Sequence record: PP328843.1
DNA length: 64,000 nucleotides
From: Escherichia phage 215Ecol030PP
Direction: 5' to 3' (one strand)
Shown here piece by piece: positions 59,949 through 64,000 of the stretch. Numbering within the stretch: position 1 is the first letter of the stretch; each line of letters begins with the position of its first letter. The notes beneath the pieces were generated by a model. It searched no databases and was not told the origin of the DNA. It saw only the letters and a program-made list of their open reading frames with translations. The position numbers and the translations under genes were made by a program.

Positions 59949-61406
59949 ATGATTGAATTAAAAGAGTTACCTTTTGTTGATAGCGTTCCTGACGAAGGTC
60001 AGGAACGTATTTCATGGATTAAAAATGGTGAAGAAATATTAGGAGCTAGTACTAAGTATGGAAATGATGGATCAATGAATAGACCAATTGTTTCCGTGTT
60101 TAAAAACGTCGAAGTTCTTGATGAAAATGTGGGAATTCTTAAAACTGCCATTGAAACATCACAGAAAGATATTAAAACAATTCAAGGAGTTTTAGATGTA
60201 TCAGGAGATATAGAAGCACTATCGCAGATCAGTGTTAATAAAAATGACATATCGAATTTAAAGACACTTACCAGTGAACACACTGATATATTAACTGGAA
60301 CTAATAATACAGTTGACAAAATTATTGCTGATATAGGTCCATTTAATGATGAAGAAAACTCTGTTTATAGAACAATTAGAAATGATTTATTGTGGATTAA
60401 ACAGGAATTAGGACAATATTCTGGCCAAGACATTAACGGTCTTCCTGTTGTTGGTAATGCTAGCACAGGAATGAAACACAGAATAATAACAAATAGTACA
60501 TTATTATCTTCACAAGGCATTCGTTTAAGCGAATTAGAAAATAAATTTACTGAATCTGACGTAGGATCATTAACTGTTGAAGTTGGTAAATTACGTGATG
60601 AACTTGGTAATAAACCAGTAGATTTTGGGCCAAATATTTATAATAGATTAAACACTATAGATGATAAACAAACTTTAATAAATTCTGATATAGCAGAAAT
60701 TAAATCTTCTATTGGATACCCAGAAAATGTTTCTATAATAACAGAAATTAATAATAACAAAAGTAGCATTGAAGCTATTAATAATGAATTAAATCAGAGT
60801 GAAGGTGTTAAACAGCGCTTAACGGCTATTGAAACTTCTATAGGTTCAGATGATATTCCTTCTAGTATTAAAGGAAAAATTAAAAATCACACAACTTCTA
60901 TTGAGTCTTTAAACGGAATTGTTGGTGAAAACACTTCGTCTGGATTAAGAGCGAATGTTTCGTGGTTAAATCAAATTGTTGGAACTGACTCTAGCGGAGG
61001 ACAGCCATCTCCTTCTGGATCTCTATTAAATAAAGTTTCAGTGATTGAAGGAGAAGTTTCAGTTTTAAACAATAATGTTCAAAATATACAAGTTGAAATA
61101 GGAAATAATAGAACAGGAATTAAAGGTCAAGTTATTGAACTTACTTCACTTATAAATGGAAATAATCCTGACGGATCAACTGTTGAAGAACGAGGATTAA
61201 CTAATTCTATAAAAACGAATGAAACCAACATTGCGGCAGTCACACATGAAGTAAATACAGCTAAAGACAATATATCCTCTTTACAGAGCAGCGTTCAAGC
61301 TCTACAAGAAGCAGGTTATATTCCTGAAGCTCCAAAAGATGGCCAAGCTTACGTTCGTAAAGACGGCGAATGGGTATTGCTTTCTACCTTTTTATCACCA
61401 GCATAA
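59949..61406 (+). CDS. wac: fibritin (whisker) Wac
   Basis: 485-aa coiled-coil ORF ending in the foldon [27 protein letters not shown]. Confidence 0.95.
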   Translation: MIELKELPFVDSVPDEGQERISWIKNGEEILGASTKYGNDGSMNRPIVSVFKNVEVLDENVGILKTAIETSQKDIKTIQGVLDVSGDIEALSQISVNKNDISNLKTLTSEHTDILTGTNNTVDKIIADIGPFNDEENSVYRTIRNDLLWIKQELGQYSGQDINGLPVVGNASTGMKHRIITNSTLLSSQGIRLSELENKFTESDVGSLTVEVGKLRDELGNKPVDFGPNIYNRLNTIDDKQTLINSDIAEIKSSIGYPENVSIITEINNNKSSIEAINNELNQSEGVKQRLTAIETSIGSDDIPSSIKGKIKNHTTSIESLNGIVGENTSSGLRANVSWLNQIVGTDSSGGQPSPSGSLLNKVSVIEGEVSVLNNNVQNIQVEIGNNRTGIKGQVIELTSLINGNNPDGSTVEERGLTNSIKTNETNIAAVTHEVNTAKDNISSLQSSVQALQEAGYIPEAPKDGQAYVRKDGEWVLLSTFLSPA

Positions 61407-61409
61407 CAT

Positions 61410-61425
61410 GGGGCCGCAAGGCCCC
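61410..61425 (+). promoter_or_regulatory. stable GNRA-loop hairpin between wac and 13
   Basis: GGGGCC-GCAA-GGCCCC; no clear U-run after it, so more likely a processing/stability element than a terminator. Confidence 0.5.
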
Positions 61426-61437
61426 AAAGGATTTTAA

Positions 61438-63948
<2,511 letters not shown>

Positions 63949-63989
63949 TAAATATTATAAACTAATTAAAGCCCAGATTAGGAGAAATC

Positions 63990-64000
63990 ATGTTTGGTTA
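63990..64000 (+). CDS. 15: start of tail sheath stabilizer gp15 (gene runs off the window end)
   Basis: RBS GGAG then ATGTTTGGTTA (MFGY...), matching the T4 gp15 N-terminus. Confidence 0.6.

Overview
This 64-kb window is a contiguous piece of a T4-like (T-even) myovirus genome, not a bacterial chromosome. It is a close relative of T4 but not T4 itself: lysozyme and DenV differ by a few residues, the nrdD intron is much shorter, the tRNA set differs, and there is an extra endonuclease gene between genes 13 and 14. All protein identifications rest on reading the six-frame translations against remembered T4 proteins and motifs; no database search was run. Positions 1..45706 are minus-strand early/middle genes: 44 (partial), 45, rpbA, 46, 47, a-gt, an HNH endonuclease, 55, nrdH, nrdG, a second HNH endonuclease, intron-split nrdD, 49, nrdC, a long block of small ORFs, rI, tk, regB, denV, e, nudE, a 10-tRNA cluster, internal-protein-like genes, acb1 (57B), 57A, 1, 3, 2, 4. 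Positions 45754..64000 are plus-strand late baseplate/neck genes: 53, 5, 5.1, 5.4, 6, 7, 8, 9, 10, 11, 12, wac, 13, a third HNH endonuclease, 14, and the start of 15. Regulatory signals are the T4 types: early promoters (GTTTAC -35, TAnTAT -10), late promoters (TATAAATA), CUUCGG hairpins and intrinsic terminators. The most interesting candidates for something undescribed are (1) an adjacent pair of genes with nucleotidyltransferase-like and ADP-ribosyltransferase-like motifs at 23169..24792, (2) a capsid-targeting-sequence (CTS) gene cassette bracketed by twin terminators at 38296..38879, (3) the HNH gene inserted between 13 and 14, and (4) an nrdD group I intron whose endonuclease ORF has decayed.
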